Shown: positions 18,306 through 31,127, counted from the first letter of the stretch. The stretch: DNA of 64,000 nucleotides from an uncultured Ignavibacteriales bacterium (GCA_964397415.1 CAYNIJ010000010.1:22021-86020); one strand, 5' to 3'. Translations and numbers: made by a program. The notes: generated by a model not told the origin, from the sequence alone.

Positions 18306-19445
18306 TTATGCCTCCACTCCGGCCAGATTGATAGCTTTCTTCACTACTCCATCGAGCGTATCCGCAGTCGGGAGTTTATAGCTGGCCAGTATCTTCTGTG
18401 CTTCCTTTTCATTGGTACCGGTCAGACGAATGACGATCGGCACGCGCGGCTTCAATTCATTCAGGGCGGCCACGATCCCATTGGCCACGTCGTCACATCG
18501 GGTAATCCCACCAAAAATGTTGAAGAGAATCGCTTTCACATTCGGATCGCCCAGAATGATCTGCATGGCGGTGACTACTTTTTGCGGATTGGATGATCCG
18601 CCGATATCGAGGAAGTTGGCCGGCTCGCCGCCATATCGCTTCACCAGATCCATGGTCGCCATCGCCAGTCCGGCGCCGTTGACAATACAGCCGATGTTGC
18701 CGTCGAGTTTAACGAACGACAGGTCAGCCTCGCGAGCTTTCACTTCGGCCGAGTCTTCGGCGTCCAGATCGCGCATCTCGGCAATCCGCTTCTGGCGGAA
18801 AAGCCCGTTGTCATCAACATTCAACTTGGCGTCGAGCGCGATAACATTACCACCGGCGGTCGTGATGAGCGGATTTATCTCAACGAGCGAGGCATCGTAC
18901 TTCCAGAACAGGCCGTAAAGCTTCTGGATGATGTCCGCCGCCTGACGAACTTGATTGATATCGCGATACAGTTTGTATGCCAGATTGCGGGCTTCAAACG
19001 CCTGCAGACCGCGCACCGGGTCGACATACAGCTTGTGTATCTTCTCCGGGGTTTTAGCCGCGACTTCCTCAATATCTACACCACCTGCCGCGGAGACCAT
19101 GATCACCGGGCGTTTGGTGACGCGGTCAAGAATGATCCCGACATACGACTCCGAGAGGATATCCTCTGCGACCGTGACCAGTACTTTTTTGACCGTCAGC
19201 CCCTTGATATCCATGCCCAATATCTTCTGGGCGAGGACGCGCGCGGCCTCTGCGTTTTCGGCGAATTTCACGCCACCGGCTTTGCCACGGCCGCCGACAT
19301 GGACCTGCGCCTTAACCATAACCGGCTTGTTGAATTTCTCTGCGATGCTGAAGGCCTCGGCAGGGGTGGTGGCCACTGACCCGCCCGGTACCGGTATCCC
19401 GGCATCGGCAAACAGCTCTTTGGCTTGATACTCGTGGATCTTCAT
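18306..19445 (-). CDS. sucC: Succinyl-CoA synthetase beta subunit
   Basis: 379 aa. [12 protein letters not shown] and [14 protein letters not shown]-grasp motifs. Confidence 0.93.
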   Translation of the reverse strand: MKIHEYQAKELFADAGIPVPGGSVATTPAEAFSIAEKFNKPVMVKAQVHVGGRGKAGGVKFAENAEAARVLAQKILGMDIKGLTVKKVLVTVAEDILSESYVGIILDRVTKRPVIMVSAAGGVDIEEVAAKTPEKIHKLYVDPVRGLQAFEARNLAYKLYRDINQVRQAADIIQKLYGLFWKYDASLVEINPLITTAGGNVIALDAKLNVDDNGLFRQKRIAEMRDLDAEDSAEVKAREADLSFVKLDGNIGCIVNGAGLAMATMDLVKRYGGEPANFLDIGGSSNPQKVVTAMQIILGDPNVKAILFNIFGGITRCDDVANGIVAALNELKPRVPIVIRLTGTNEKEAQKILASYKLPTADTLDGVVKKAINLAGVEA

Positions 19446-20851
19446 TCGTTGCTATCCTTATCGTGAATTGAATCTGCAGTCCCATCCAGGATCATCTGAT
19501 AATAGTCTCTCGCATACTTCTCGAGGACATCACGCTGATTGTCCGCAGGGTTATCCAGCACTCTCTCCATCAGATGATTCAATACCTTCCCAACCGGCGG
19601 ACTGGGCGGGATACTAAACATTGTCATAATATCATGCCCTGAGAGCGCGAGATCGCTCAGCCCGAAAGGCGGCTTTTTGTCCAGCTCTGACTTTATCTCA
19701 GCCTCGAATTGGTCAACATCGTCTGTCCTTCCCCCCATCCCCTGTCCCGAAACATCGGCGCGCCGAAGATCCAGCAGATCCCAAATGAGATCCACTCCCA
19801 CTTTGCGCACGAGACGGCGGAGTCCCTTATCGGAAACGGCTGTGGTGAACATATGTCGTTCCACCAGCGTCGAAACATCTTTGGTAAGATCATTGGAGAA
19901 GCGGAGCCTGCGCATGATGTCACGGGCAGTCTTGGCGCCACCCATTTCATGACCGTAGAACGTCGCGCGGTCCCCTTCGTCCGAGACACGGCGATGTTGC
20001 GGCTTTCTGATGTCGTGGAAAAGCGCGGCCAGGCGAAGCCGAAGCGATGGTTTGGCGGCATCGAGCACATGGAGTGTGTGCTCGAAGACATCATACTTGT
20101 GGTAGGGCCCCGGTTGGGAGACACCAACACAGGCCTCCAGCTCAGGGAGAATATGCTTGAGCAGACCGGTCGTCTGCATGATGCGGAAGCCCTCAGACGG
20201 CTTCTCCGCTCGCTCGAGTAGCTTGGTCAATTCGTCTGCGATCCGTTCCGCTGAAACGGTCTTGATGAGTTCGGCGTGCTCACGTATAGAGCGAAAAGTT
20301 TCCGGCTCGATCATGAAATTGAATCGGGCGGCAAATTGCACCGCGCGCAACATCCTCAGCGGATCTTCAACAAACGACTGCGGCGAGGTCATCCGGATCA
20401 TCCGCGCCTTGAGATCAACCTGACCCTGCAGTGGGTCGACCAACTGGTCGGTATCCAATGAAAGCGCCATGGCGTTGATCGTGAAATCGCGACGGATCAG
20501 GTCATCCTCTACCGGAATATTCGGGTCAAACGAGACATCGAAGTCTTTATGACCGACACCGGTGGAATGCTCCCGCCGTGGCAGCGAGATATCGAATGTG
20601 TACTGCGTCCCTTTGCGGAACTGCGTGAACTTGATGACGCCGAAGGAGCGCCCGACCAGATCGACCCGGCCGTGCGGTTTAAGTATAGAGGTCAGATCAT
20701 CGTACCGAATTCCCGTCACAAGATAGTCGTGGTCTTTGACCGCTCGCTGTGCCTGCAGCAATCGGTCGCGGACAGCGCCGCCTACTTCGTAAATGCGACC
20801 GGATTTCAGGATGTCATCGATCGCTTCTTGTGACAGTTTACACATGTTCAA
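19442..20851 (-). CDS. cca: CCA-adding enzyme / poly(A) polymerase family nucleotidyltransferase with HD domain
   Basis: 469 aa. GGAVRDRLL, RRDFTINAMA head domain, FHDIRKP HD motif. 4-nt overlaps on both sides. Confidence 0.85.
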   Translation of the reverse strand: MNMCKLSQEAIDDILKSGRIYEVGGAVRDRLLQAQRAVKDHDYLVTGIRYDDLTSILKPHGRVDLVGRSFGVIKFTQFRKGTQYTFDISLPRREHSTGVGHKDFDVSFDPNIPVEDDLIRRDFTINAMALSLDTDQLVDPLQGQVDLKARMIRMTSPQSFVEDPLRMLRAVQFAARFNFMIEPETFRSIREHAELIKTVSAERIADELTKLLERAEKPSEGFRIMQTTGLLKHILPELEACVGVSQPGPYHKYDVFEHTLHVLDAAKPSLRLRLAALFHDIRKPQHRRVSDEGDRATFYGHEMGGAKTARDIMRRLRFSNDLTKDVSTLVERHMFTTAVSDKGLRRLVRKVGVDLIWDLLDLRRADVSGQGMGGRTDDVDQFEAEIKSELDKKPPFGLSDLALSGHDIMTMFSIPPSPPVGKVLNHLMERVLDNPADNQRDVLEKYARDYYQMILDGTADSIHDKDSNE

Positions 20852-21864
20852 TCTGGTACGATCCGTGTCCCTGCCTCGCCGACGACCGCCTTGCGGGCGT
20901 TGCGGAACGAGGTGATGGTCACCATATCGCCGCCATCCTCTATGAATTTGATGGCGGCCAGTATCTTCGGCCCCATGGAACCGGCCGGGAAATGGCCATC
21001 AGCGTAATATTTCTTCAGCTCCGAGAGCGTCACCCGCTCCAAAATCTTTTGATCCGGTTTGTTGAAATTGATCGCGACATTGTCAACCGAGGTCAGGATG
21101 GACAAAATCCCGGCGCCGATCTCTTTGGCGAGTACTGCCGAGCCGAGATCCTTGTCAATCACCGCATCCATACCCTCAAGCAGTCCTCGCTGATCGACAT
21201 AGACCGGGATTCCGCCTCCGCCGCCCGCGATGACAATTGTGCCGCTGTCGACCAATGCTTTGATTGTCCTGGCCTCAATGGCGGTGATGGGCATCGGCGA
21301 AGGTACCACGCGGCGCCAGCCACGATTACCATCCTGCTTCATTTGCCAGTCGCGAGTCTCCGAGAAGATCTTGGCGTCTTCCTCGGTATAGAACTGGCCA
21401 ATATACTTGGTCGGATTCTGTACCGCCGGGTCATGTTCATCCACCAGCATTTGCGTGATGATAGTGACAACCGGGCGGTCGATCCCTTCCTGTTTGAGCC
21501 GGTTCTGCAGCGACTGCTCGATCATGTACCCCATGCCGCCCTCTGTATCGGCAACGAGCACGCCAAGTGGCAGGATCGGGGCTTTGCCACGGGCCAACTC
21601 AACTCTTAGCAGGCAGTTGCCGACCTGTGGTCCATTCCCGTGGGTGACGACCAGATGGTAGCCGTCACGCGCCAATTCGACGATCCCATCAAGCGAGGAT
21701 CGCGTATTGGCAAACTGATTGGCGATGGTATCTTCCTGGCCCGGTAAGGTGATCGCGTTGCCGCCAAGTGCGATGACGGCAGTCTTACTTTTCGAATGTT
21801 TCGGGTTCACTGGTGATACGCCTGAATGAACGAGCAGCCGCTTCCGGCTGCCCGCTATTCTCAT
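20848..21864 (-). CDS. arcC: Carbamate kinase
   Basis: 338 aa. AVIALGGNAI, VVTHGNGPQVG, AVIDKDL. The N-terminal roughly 18-27 codons are probably not translated; an in-frame GTG gives MNPKHSKSKTAVIALGG. Confidence 0.88.
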   Translation of the reverse strand: MRIAGSRKRLLVHSGVSPVNPKHSKSKTAVIALGGNAITLPGQEDTIANQFANTRSSLDGIVELARDGYHLVVTHGNGPQVGNCLLRVELARGKAPILPLGVLVADTEGGMGYMIEQSLQNRLKQEGIDRPVVTIITQMLVDEHDPAVQNPTKYIGQFYTEEDAKIFSETRDWQMKQDGNRGWRRVVPSPMPITAIEARTIKALVDSGTIVIAGGGGGIPVYVDQRGLLEGMDAVIDKDLGSAVLAKEIGAGILSILTSVDNVAINFNKPDQKILERVTLSELKKYYADGHFPAGSMGPKILAAIKFIEDGGDMVTITSFRNARKAVVGEAGTRIVPD

Positions 21865-21869
21865 CCGTG

Positions 21870-23231
21870 TTAGCGCTTCTTCCCTTTCCCAGCTGATTTC
21901 TTGGTCTTGAACCCGAATTTCTGGGTCAGCACTGTCTCAAGGTTGGGCGTGCCGATTTCCTGTAGGCTGTAGAAAACGCGGGCGGTCGGCTTGTTGATCT
22001 TAATGATCCGGCTCAGGTCGATCGGGGTCGCGATCAGAACCAGGTCGCACTTCGTGCGATTGATGGTCGTCTCCAAGTCCTTCACCTGCTTATCGCCGTA
22101 GCCCATCGCCGGGAGCAACGTTCCGATATTCGGATATTTCGTAAAAGTATCGGAAATTGACTGTACGGTATACGGACGCGGGTCGACCAATTCGGCCGCG
22201 CCATATTTCTCTGCGGCAACGACACCGGCGCCATAGGTCATCTCCCCATGGGTCAGGGTCGGGCCATCCTCAACCACCAGAACTCGCTTGCCACGGATCA
22301 ACTCCGGCTTGTCGACCTCGATAGGAGACGCTCCATCAATAACGACCGCAGTCGGATTGTACTTGCGGATGTTTTCGCGCAAATACGACACGTTTTCCGG
22401 GTCGGCGGAATCGATCTTGTTGATGACAATACAATCTGCCATCAGAAGGTTATTCTGACCCGGATAGTAGCTGATCTCATGACCGGGGCGATGAGGGTCA
22501 ACGACTGTGATATGGAGATCCGGCTTGTAGAACGGCATATCGTTGTTGCCGCCGTCCCACAAAACGACATCGGCCTCACGCTCCGCTTTACGGATGATCG
22601 CCTCGTAATCGACGCCCGCGTATACGGTGACGCCATTGACAATATGCGGTTCGTACTCTTCACGCTCTTCGATTGTGCATTTGTGTTTGACCAGATCCTT
22701 GAGCGAAGCGAAACGCTGAACTGCCTGGGCGGCCAGATCGCCGTACGGCATAGGGTGACGGATCGCGACGACCTTTTTCCCCATTGCCTGAAGGACCTCA
22801 GCCACCTTGCGAGTGGTCTGGGACTTACCGGAGCCGGTGCGAACGGCGCAAACAGCCACTACGGGCTTCGCGCATTTGATCATGGTCGGACGTCCGCCCT
22901 CAAGTGCGAAACGAGCGCCGGTCGCCATGACATAGGCGGCCTTTTCCATGACATACTGATAGGAAACGTCAGAATATGAAAATATCACTTCGTCCACGCC
23001 GTGCTTTTTGACCAAACCGAGCAGCTCCTTTTCGTCGTGGATCGGGATCCCTTTCGGGTAGAGCTTGCCGGCCAAAGCGGCGGGATAGCGACGGCCATCG
23101 ATGTCCGGGATCTGCGTGGCGGTGAAAGCGACTACCTCCACCGAATCATTGTCGCGATAGAGCGTATTGAAGTTATGGAAATCGCGACCCGCGGCTCCCA
23201 TGATGATGATCTTTCTCTTCTTCGTCAGCAT
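21870..23231 (-). CDS. COG2403-like P-loop NTPase (cyclic 2,3-diphosphoglycerate synthetase-like), function unknown in bacteria
   Basis: 453 aa. IIIMGAAGRDFHNFN N-terminus, Walker A RTGSGKSQT, Lys-rich C-terminus. AGGAGG SD. Family assignment from memory of the COG2403 architecture. Confidence 0.6.
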   Translation of the reverse strand: MLTKKRKIIIMGAAGRDFHNFNTLYRDNDSVEVVAFTATQIPDIDGRRYPAALAGKLYPKGIPIHDEKELLGLVKKHGVDEVIFSYSDVSYQYVMEKAAYVMATGARFALEGGRPTMIKCAKPVVAVCAVRTGSGKSQTTRKVAEVLQAMGKKVVAIRHPMPYGDLAAQAVQRFASLKDLVKHKCTIEEREEYEPHIVNGVTVYAGVDYEAIIRKAEREADVVLWDGGNNDMPFYKPDLHITVVDPHRPGHEISYYPGQNNLLMADCIVINKIDSADPENVSYLRENIRKYNPTAVVIDGASPIEVDKPELIRGKRVLVVEDGPTLTHGEMTYGAGVVAAEKYGAAELVDPRPYTVQSISDTFTKYPNIGTLLPAMGYGDKQVKDLETTINRTKCDLVLIATPIDLSRIIKINKPTARVFYSLQEIGTPNLETVLTQKFGFKTKKSAGKGKKR

Positions 23232-23298
23232 TCTAAACCTCCTGCTACAAGCTATTCGTTACTCGATTGTCAGTTCGTTCTCGATTTTGCCGGGACGG

Positions 23299-23327
23299 CT
23301 TATATCGAAGACGACTGCCAGATGTAA
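23299..23327 (-). promoter_or_regulatory. Possible internal promoter TTACAT-17-TATAAG upstream of the COG2403-like gene
   Basis: atgtaa at 23322-23327, cttata at 23299-23304, within the 209-nt gap after the aldehyde dehydrogenase stop. Confidence 0.3.
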
Positions 23328-23440
23328 CGGATCAGGTAGCATGGAACCTGATAGTGCAAAGCCATGATCATATCGCTTCCTCACAACTCCGGTCCGACAC
23401 CACGTTCCCTGTTTCCTATCTCAATTTCAACTTCTCAACA

Positions 23441-24937
23441 TCAGTCCGCGTTATCGATCTGCGCGCGCTGGATAGTACCGGAGAAATCGACATAGATCGA
23501 CTTCCACTCGGAGAAGACATCCAGTGCCGCGGTCGCCGCCTCGCGGTGTCCGTTGCCGGTCTCTTTGGTTCCGCCGAACGGCAAGTGAGTCTCCGCGCCG
23601 ATAGTCGGGGCGTTGACATAGAATATACCGGTGTAAACATCGCGCATCGCGACATACGCTTTATTGATATCGCGGGTATAGATTGAAGCCGACAACCCGT
23701 AAGCCGTATCATTGGCCAACTCGATCGCTTCTTGGAACGTGCTGAAAGTCCCCATGCCCAACACCGGGCCAAAGATCTCTTCCTTCCAAATCCGCATAGT
23801 GCGCGTCACGCCGGAAAAGACTGTCGGCTGCACAAAGAACCCTTTGTCGTACGCTCCGCCAGTCAGACGATTGCCTCCGCACTCCAGCTTGGCGCCATCA
23901 GCTTTGCCGATCTCGACATATTTCAGGACAGTGTCAAGCTGCGATTGGTTGACGACCGGTCCCATCTGGACTGAATCCTCGAGACCATTGCCAACTTTGA
24001 TCCCTTTTACCTTTTCCACCAGCATGGCGGTAAATTTGGCGGCGATATCTTTGTGCATGATGACTCGACTGGTCGCGGTGCAGCGCTGACCGGACGTACC
24101 AAACGCTCCCCAAAGGACACCTTCGGCGGCCAAACTCAAGTCGGCGTCGTCCATGATGATGATTACATTCTTGCCGCCCATCTCAAGGCAAAGATGCTTG
24201 AACTTCGGCGCGCATGCGGTCGAAACCTTGCGTCCGATCTCGGTCGAACCGGTGAAGGAGACAATGCGAACGCGATCGTCGTTCATCAGCGCGTCGCCTA
24301 CAGAACCACCCGGTCCGGTCACCATGTTGACGACTCCAGGCGGAACGCCTTCTTCCTCACATGCTTTCATCAGATTGACCACCGACATCGGTGTGTCTGT
24401 CGCGGGCTTGATAACGATAGTGTTGCCGCAAATCAGTGCCGGCATCATCTTCCAGGATGGGATCGCCATCGGGAAGTTCCAGGGGGTGATAAACCCGCAG
24501 ACGCCTACAGGCTGGCGGATCGTCATATTGAACTTGTTTGGAAGCTCCGACGGAGTGGTCATGCCGAACAAACGGCGGCCTTCGCCGGCCATGTAGTAGG
24601 TCATGTCGATCGCTTCCTGAACATCACCACGAGTTTCAATGAGGATCTTCCCCATCTCGCGCGTCATGTCACGGGAATACTGCTCCTTGTTCGCGGTCAG
24701 GCGAGCGGCGACGCGGTAGAGGATCTCACCGCGCTTCGGAGCCGGAACCAGACGCCAAGTCTTGTAAGCTTCGGAAGCGGCATCGACCGCGGCCTTAACG
24801 TCGGCCGGAGTCGACTTCTGGAAATGACCGATCACATCGTCGTGGTTGGCAGGGTTACGATTTTCGAAAGTTTGCCCGGAAGAGGAATCAACCCAGGCAC
24901 CGTTGATGTAATTTTTGTAAACAGGTACGCTACTCAT
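23441..24937 (-). CDS. NAD(P)-dependent aldehyde dehydrogenase
   Basis: [21 protein letters not shown] (catalytic Cys), PFGGTKETG. The ATG at 24937 is preferred over the GTG at 24946 because AGGGAG lies 9 nt upstream. Confidence 0.9.
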   Translation of the reverse strand: MSSVPVYKNYINGAWVDSSSGQTFENRNPANHDDVIGHFQKSTPADVKAAVDAASEAYKTWRLVPAPKRGEILYRVAARLTANKEQYSRDMTREMGKILIETRGDVQEAIDMTYYMAGEGRRLFGMTTPSELPNKFNMTIRQPVGVCGFITPWNFPMAIPSWKMMPALICGNTIVIKPATDTPMSVVNLMKACEEEGVPPGVVNMVTGPGGSVGDALMNDDRVRIVSFTGSTEIGRKVSTACAPKFKHLCLEMGGKNVIIIMDDADLSLAAEGVLWGAFGTSGQRCTATSRVIMHKDIAAKFTAMLVEKVKGIKVGNGLEDSVQMGPVVNQSQLDTVLKYVEIGKADGAKLECGGNRLTGGAYDKGFFVQPTVFSGVTRTMRIWKEEIFGPVLGMGTFSTFQEAIELANDTAYGLSASIYTRDINKAYVAMRDVYTGIFYVNAPTIGAETHLPFGGTKETGNGHREAATAALDVFSEWKSIYVDFSGTIQRAQIDNAD

Positions 24938-24983
24938 GGCGCACACTCCCTTGCATCAAAGTGTCGTGACCGATGCTGCGTGT

Positions 24984-24999
24984 TGTGAATTATTTCACA
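24984..24999. promoter_or_regulatory. CRP/FNR-type palindrome TGTGAA-TTAT-TTCACA in the aldehyde dehydrogenase leader
   Basis: Exact TGTGA-N6-TCACA core, 6-4-6 perfect palindrome. Lies between the predicted -10 (25019-25024) and the ATG at 24937. Confidence 0.4.
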
Positions 25000-25018
25000 G
25001 CAATTCGGCGAAAGCGCT

Positions 25019-25046
25019 AATATACCGCTTAATCGGTCGTTGTCAA
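25019..25046 (-). promoter_or_regulatory. Putative sigma70-type promoter TTGACA-16-TATATT for the aldehyde dehydrogenase string
   Basis: tgtcaa at 25041-25046, aatata at 25019-25024. Confidence 0.55.
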
Positions 25047-25340
25047 CCTGATTCGGGTTTGCAGTGGCCCGCCTTTCTAATTGGTATTCAGCATGTTACG
25101 CTGGCACAATCCGGGGTGGCAGAAGCCCGTCGAAAGAGTTTCGTAACACCCAACGCATCTCGAAGTTGCGGCGCAGATTTTTCGCCAGTCGGGACCCCAG
25201 ACCTACTTTCATTCAAAGGCTTTGAGTGCCAGAAGAAGAATCCGCAAGACCGACTGACAGATGCAACATGACAAGCATTTAGTAATTGATGGAATACGGA
25301 CTTGGAACGTGTATATTGTAGCAACACCGAAGGAGACGAT

Positions 25341-25988
25341 GTGACCACTCTGCTATTGCTTGGCTGGCTGAGCCTTCCCCTGGCACCGCTCAATCCGATC
25401 GAACAGGATACCATTGCGGCTATGAATCTTCATCTTTCCGCGGGTGTCACTAGTCCGAATGGAATTGTCTCCGTTTCGCCCGAGTTATCGGTGAAGTATG
25501 AGTTTAGCCCCGCACACCCATTCATTGTTCGAACTGAAGCTGATTTTCGCCTCGGGTCAGTTGGCACTCGATTCTGGCCAGCAGGGAATGAACGACAGCC
25601 AATGTACCTCGAAGGATCATACCGCTCTGCCTTGCTCGGACTTGACATACTCTATTACCGGGGAACCGACCGCCTCACCGCGTACTTGGGCGCGGGCATA
25701 GTACAATCATTTAACGAATTCGATGCTGATCAGGAGTCGCGAGATCTGCTCCGGTCACGTTACGGGATCGATCAGATAGATATGTCGCAGCGGGTCGGAT
25801 ATCGCTTTACTCTGGGACTTCGTTTTCACCGGACCTACGCCTTTGAGGTGGCCATCACTCAGATGGAACCGAACTTTGTTTTTGGGCGCGATTTCGGTGA
25901 TGGAAGCTACTCGAAAGAGACTGTGCCGACTCAATTCAGTTCGTTCCGCTTCACCTTTGGATATCTTTGGGAGCTTAAGGCGTTTTAG
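25341..25988 (+). CDS. Hypothetical outer-membrane beta-barrel protein
   Basis: GTG at 25341 preceded by GAAGGAG. Hydrophobic N-terminus TTLLLLGWLSLPLAPL, alternating strands, C-terminal ...FTFGYLWELKAF (terminal Phe OMP signature). Confidence 0.5.
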   Translation: MTTLLLLGWLSLPLAPLNPIEQDTIAAMNLHLSAGVTSPNGIVSVSPELSVKYEFSPAHPFIVRTEADFRLGSVGTRFWPAGNERQPMYLEGSYRSALLGLDILYYRGTDRLTAYLGAGIVQSFNEFDADQESRDLLRSRYGIDQIDMSQRVGYRFTLGLRFHRTYAFEVAITQMEPNFVFGRDFGDGSYSKETVPTQFSSFRFTFGYLWELKAF

Positions 25989-26601
25989 TCACTGGAGTAT
26001 TGCTGAGGGACCGCCAAAGGTACCAGCAAGCGACAGTCCGGTATGGCTTCCACCTTTCGCAGAACTTCCCCAGCCTTTTCAACTGCCGCTTCCCATACAG
26101 TCGCTGAACTGCCGTCTGGATGCCCAGATCTCCCGCAGCAAATATATCCGGCCGACCGAACACGAACATAAGATACATTTGCGCGGACCAGGGACCGATC
26201 CCCTTCACTTGCGTGAGATGTTCAGTTACCTCGGCATCTGACATTCTCTCGATCCTGCGGAATGAGACCTCTCGCGAACTCACTTTGGTGGCCAGATCCC
26301 GCACAGAAACTACTTTGGCGCGAGAGAGCCCGGCAGACCGAAGACTGGCGTCTGATAGCCTGCTGAGCACAGCCGGGGTGATCTTCCCCCCTGCCTCTTC
26401 TTTTAGTCGCTCAAAAATACTGGCCGCGGCTTTGGTAGAAAGTTGTTGTCCAACAATAATGCGGACCATCGAAGCGAAGCCATGCGGCAGAGTTCGAACC
26501 AGACCGGGGCCATGGTCGGCGATCAACTGCCCCATAACCGGGTCGATTTCGCATAAGTGCCGTTCGGCATCGGAATAACTTTCCATAGTTGTACTTGGCA
26601 T
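25975..26601 (-). CDS. HhH-GPD family DNA glycosylase (AlkA-like 3-methyladenine glycosylase II)
   Basis: 208 aa. VKGIGPWSAQMYLMF helix-hairpin-helix followed by the catalytic Asp context AAGDLG. Confidence 0.8.
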   Translation of the reverse strand: MPSTTMESYSDAERHLCEIDPVMGQLIADHGPGLVRTLPHGFASMVRIIVGQQLSTKAAASIFERLKEEAGGKITPAVLSRLSDASLRSAGLSRAKVVSVRDLATKVSSREVSFRRIERMSDAEVTEHLTQVKGIGPWSAQMYLMFVFGRPDIFAAGDLGIQTAVQRLYGKRQLKRLGKFCERWKPYRTVACWYLWRSLSNTPVTKTP

Positions 26602-26726
26602 GCGGCAATGTAATCTTTCAGTCGCGCTGAAACATCACTTTTTGCGGTCCATCTTGCGTAATCCTGCCGAACCAAACGAGTATCGCGGTGTTACAATCCC
26701 CAGACGAATTCATCGAAAGGGACTAC

Positions 26727-29565
<2,839 letters not shown>

Positions 29566-30324
29566 TTACGCCACCCGGATCGGTCCCTGTGCGGAACCGG
29601 AGATGAATTGTCGAAGGATCGGATTGCTGCTTGCGCGCACCTGGTCTGGTGTTCCATCGAACTCAACTTCCCCCCCATACAGCATAATTATTCTATCCGC
29701 GATCTTGAATGCCGACCGCATATCGTGCGTCACGGTTATGGATGTGACGTGCAATTTCTGATTAAGTTCAACAATGAGATCATCAATAACGTCGGAGGTA
29801 ACCGGATCAAGGCCCGAGGTCGGCTCATCATATAACATGATATCCGGGTTTGTGGCTATAGCTCGTGCCAGCCCGACCCGTTTCCGCATACCGCCGGAAA
29901 GCTCCGAAGGTAACTTTTCACTCGTGCCTGCCATTCCGACCAGTTCGAGCTTCTCGTTAACAACGACATCTATCTGTTCAAGCGTATACTGTCGCGATTC
30001 AAGCATGCTGAGGCCGACATTCTCGGCTACCGTCATCGAGTCAAATAATGCCGCTCCCTGAAACAACATGCCAAAGCGACGGCGCATCGCGGTCAATCGC
30101 TCGGTATCAAAGTGGCCAATATCCTCACCCTCGAACAGCACGCGCCCGGAATCCGGCTCCATCAGTCGTAGCAGATGCTTCAACAGGACCGATTTTCCGG
30201 TGCCGGAGAGCCCTATTACGCAGATCGACTCACCGGCATGAACCTCGATATCTATGCCATCAAGCACTCGCACGCGGCGAAAAGACTTGACTATCTGCTC
30301 GAGCTTGATGATTGGATCACCCAT
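29566..30324 (-). CDS. mlaF: ABC transporter ATP-binding protein (MlaF-like)
   Basis: 252 aa. GLSGTGKS, LSGGMRKR, IMLYDEPTSGLD. Confidence 0.8.
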   Translation of the reverse strand: MGDPIIKLEQIVKSFRRVRVLDGIDIEVHAGESICVIGLSGTGKSVLLKHLLRLMEPDSGRVLFEGEDIGHFDTERLTAMRRRFGMLFQGAALFDSMTVAENVGLSMLESRQYTLEQIDVVVNEKLELVGMAGTSEKLPSELSGGMRKRVGLARAIATNPDIMLYDEPTSGLDPVTSDVIDDLIVELNQKLHVTSITVTHDMRSAFKIADRIIMLYGGEVEFDGTPDQVRASSNPILRQFISGSAQGPIRVA

Positions 30325-30326
30325 TC

Positions 30327-31112
30327 TTATATCCTGAAAAGTATAACGGCGAAAACGAAATTGAAAACCAGCACCAGCACCATAGAGATCACTACAGAGC
30401 GCGTGGTCGCGGCGCCAACCCCTTCAGCCCCACCTTGCGTGCGGAACCCTTCGTAACAAGCGACCAGACCGATCACCAGTCCAAAGACCCAGGCTTTGAC
30501 CAGGCCGTTGACCAGATCCATGAGCCTGAACGAACTGCGGAATCCGTTGAGATATGTTTCGGTGGAAACATCGACGCCAACCACAGATACGATCAAACCG
30601 CCAATTATCGCTACAAAATCAGCAAAGATCACGAGAAGCGGCACCATTAGCATACACGCCAGCACGCGCGGCATCATGAGATAACGGTTGGGGGATATCC
30701 CCATGGCGTCCAGTGCGTCGATCTGCTCTGTAACTTTCATTGTGCCAAGTTCGGCGGTGATTCCTGCGCCAACCCGTCCGGCGAACACAAGCGCGGAGAG
30801 CACGGGTCCGAGTTCGATTATGACCGCCTTCCCCACCGCCTGTCCGAGGTAGCGAAGTGGCGCGCCGATGAATTTGAACTGGTAGGCCGCCTGCCAGGCT
30901 GAAACCGCGCCGACAAAGATAGCAATGATGACAATCAACGGAAGCGACATAACGCCGATGGCGTACAACTGCTCGAATATCACACGGAGCGAACGAGGGA
31001 TATCTTTCAGGTGAATAACGAACCGGCCCAGGAGCAGACTGATGCCGCCGATCCAAGAGACGACCGTCACACTTCGTCGTCCGATGGTGATCAATCCACG
31101 TTGCGGTTCCAT
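30327..31112 (-). CDS. mlaE: ABC transporter permease (MlaE-like)
   Basis: 261 aa. Multi-TM protein, MlaE/Ttg2B-like layout, immediately upstream of the ATPase gene. Confidence 0.75.
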   Translation of the reverse strand: MEPQRGLITIGRRSVTVVSWIGGISLLLGRFVIHLKDIPRSLRVIFEQLYAIGVMSLPLIVIIAIFVGAVSAWQAAYQFKFIGAPLRYLGQAVGKAVIIELGPVLSALVFAGRVGAGITAELGTMKVTEQIDALDAMGISPNRYLMMPRVLACMLMVPLLVIFADFVAIIGGLIVSVVGVDVSTETYLNGFRSSFRLMDLVNGLVKAWVFGLVIGLVACYEGFRTQGGAEGVGAATTRSVVISMVLVLVFNFVFAVILFRI

Positions 31113-31127
31113 TAGAGCGGATTCTCC

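Noticed and set aside
23330-23352. Hairpin atcaggt-N8-acctgat in the gap after the aldehyde dehydrogenase gene as a terminator.
   Set aside because: It has only a 7-bp AT-containing stem and no U-tract on the transcribed (minus) strand.
25102-25107. TGGCAC string (and TGGGCAC at 48394-48400) as possible sigma54 -24 elements.
   Set aside because: No TTGC-type -12 element follows at the required spacing: GGGG follows at 25113, and TTTG is one position off and on the wrong strand for glnA.
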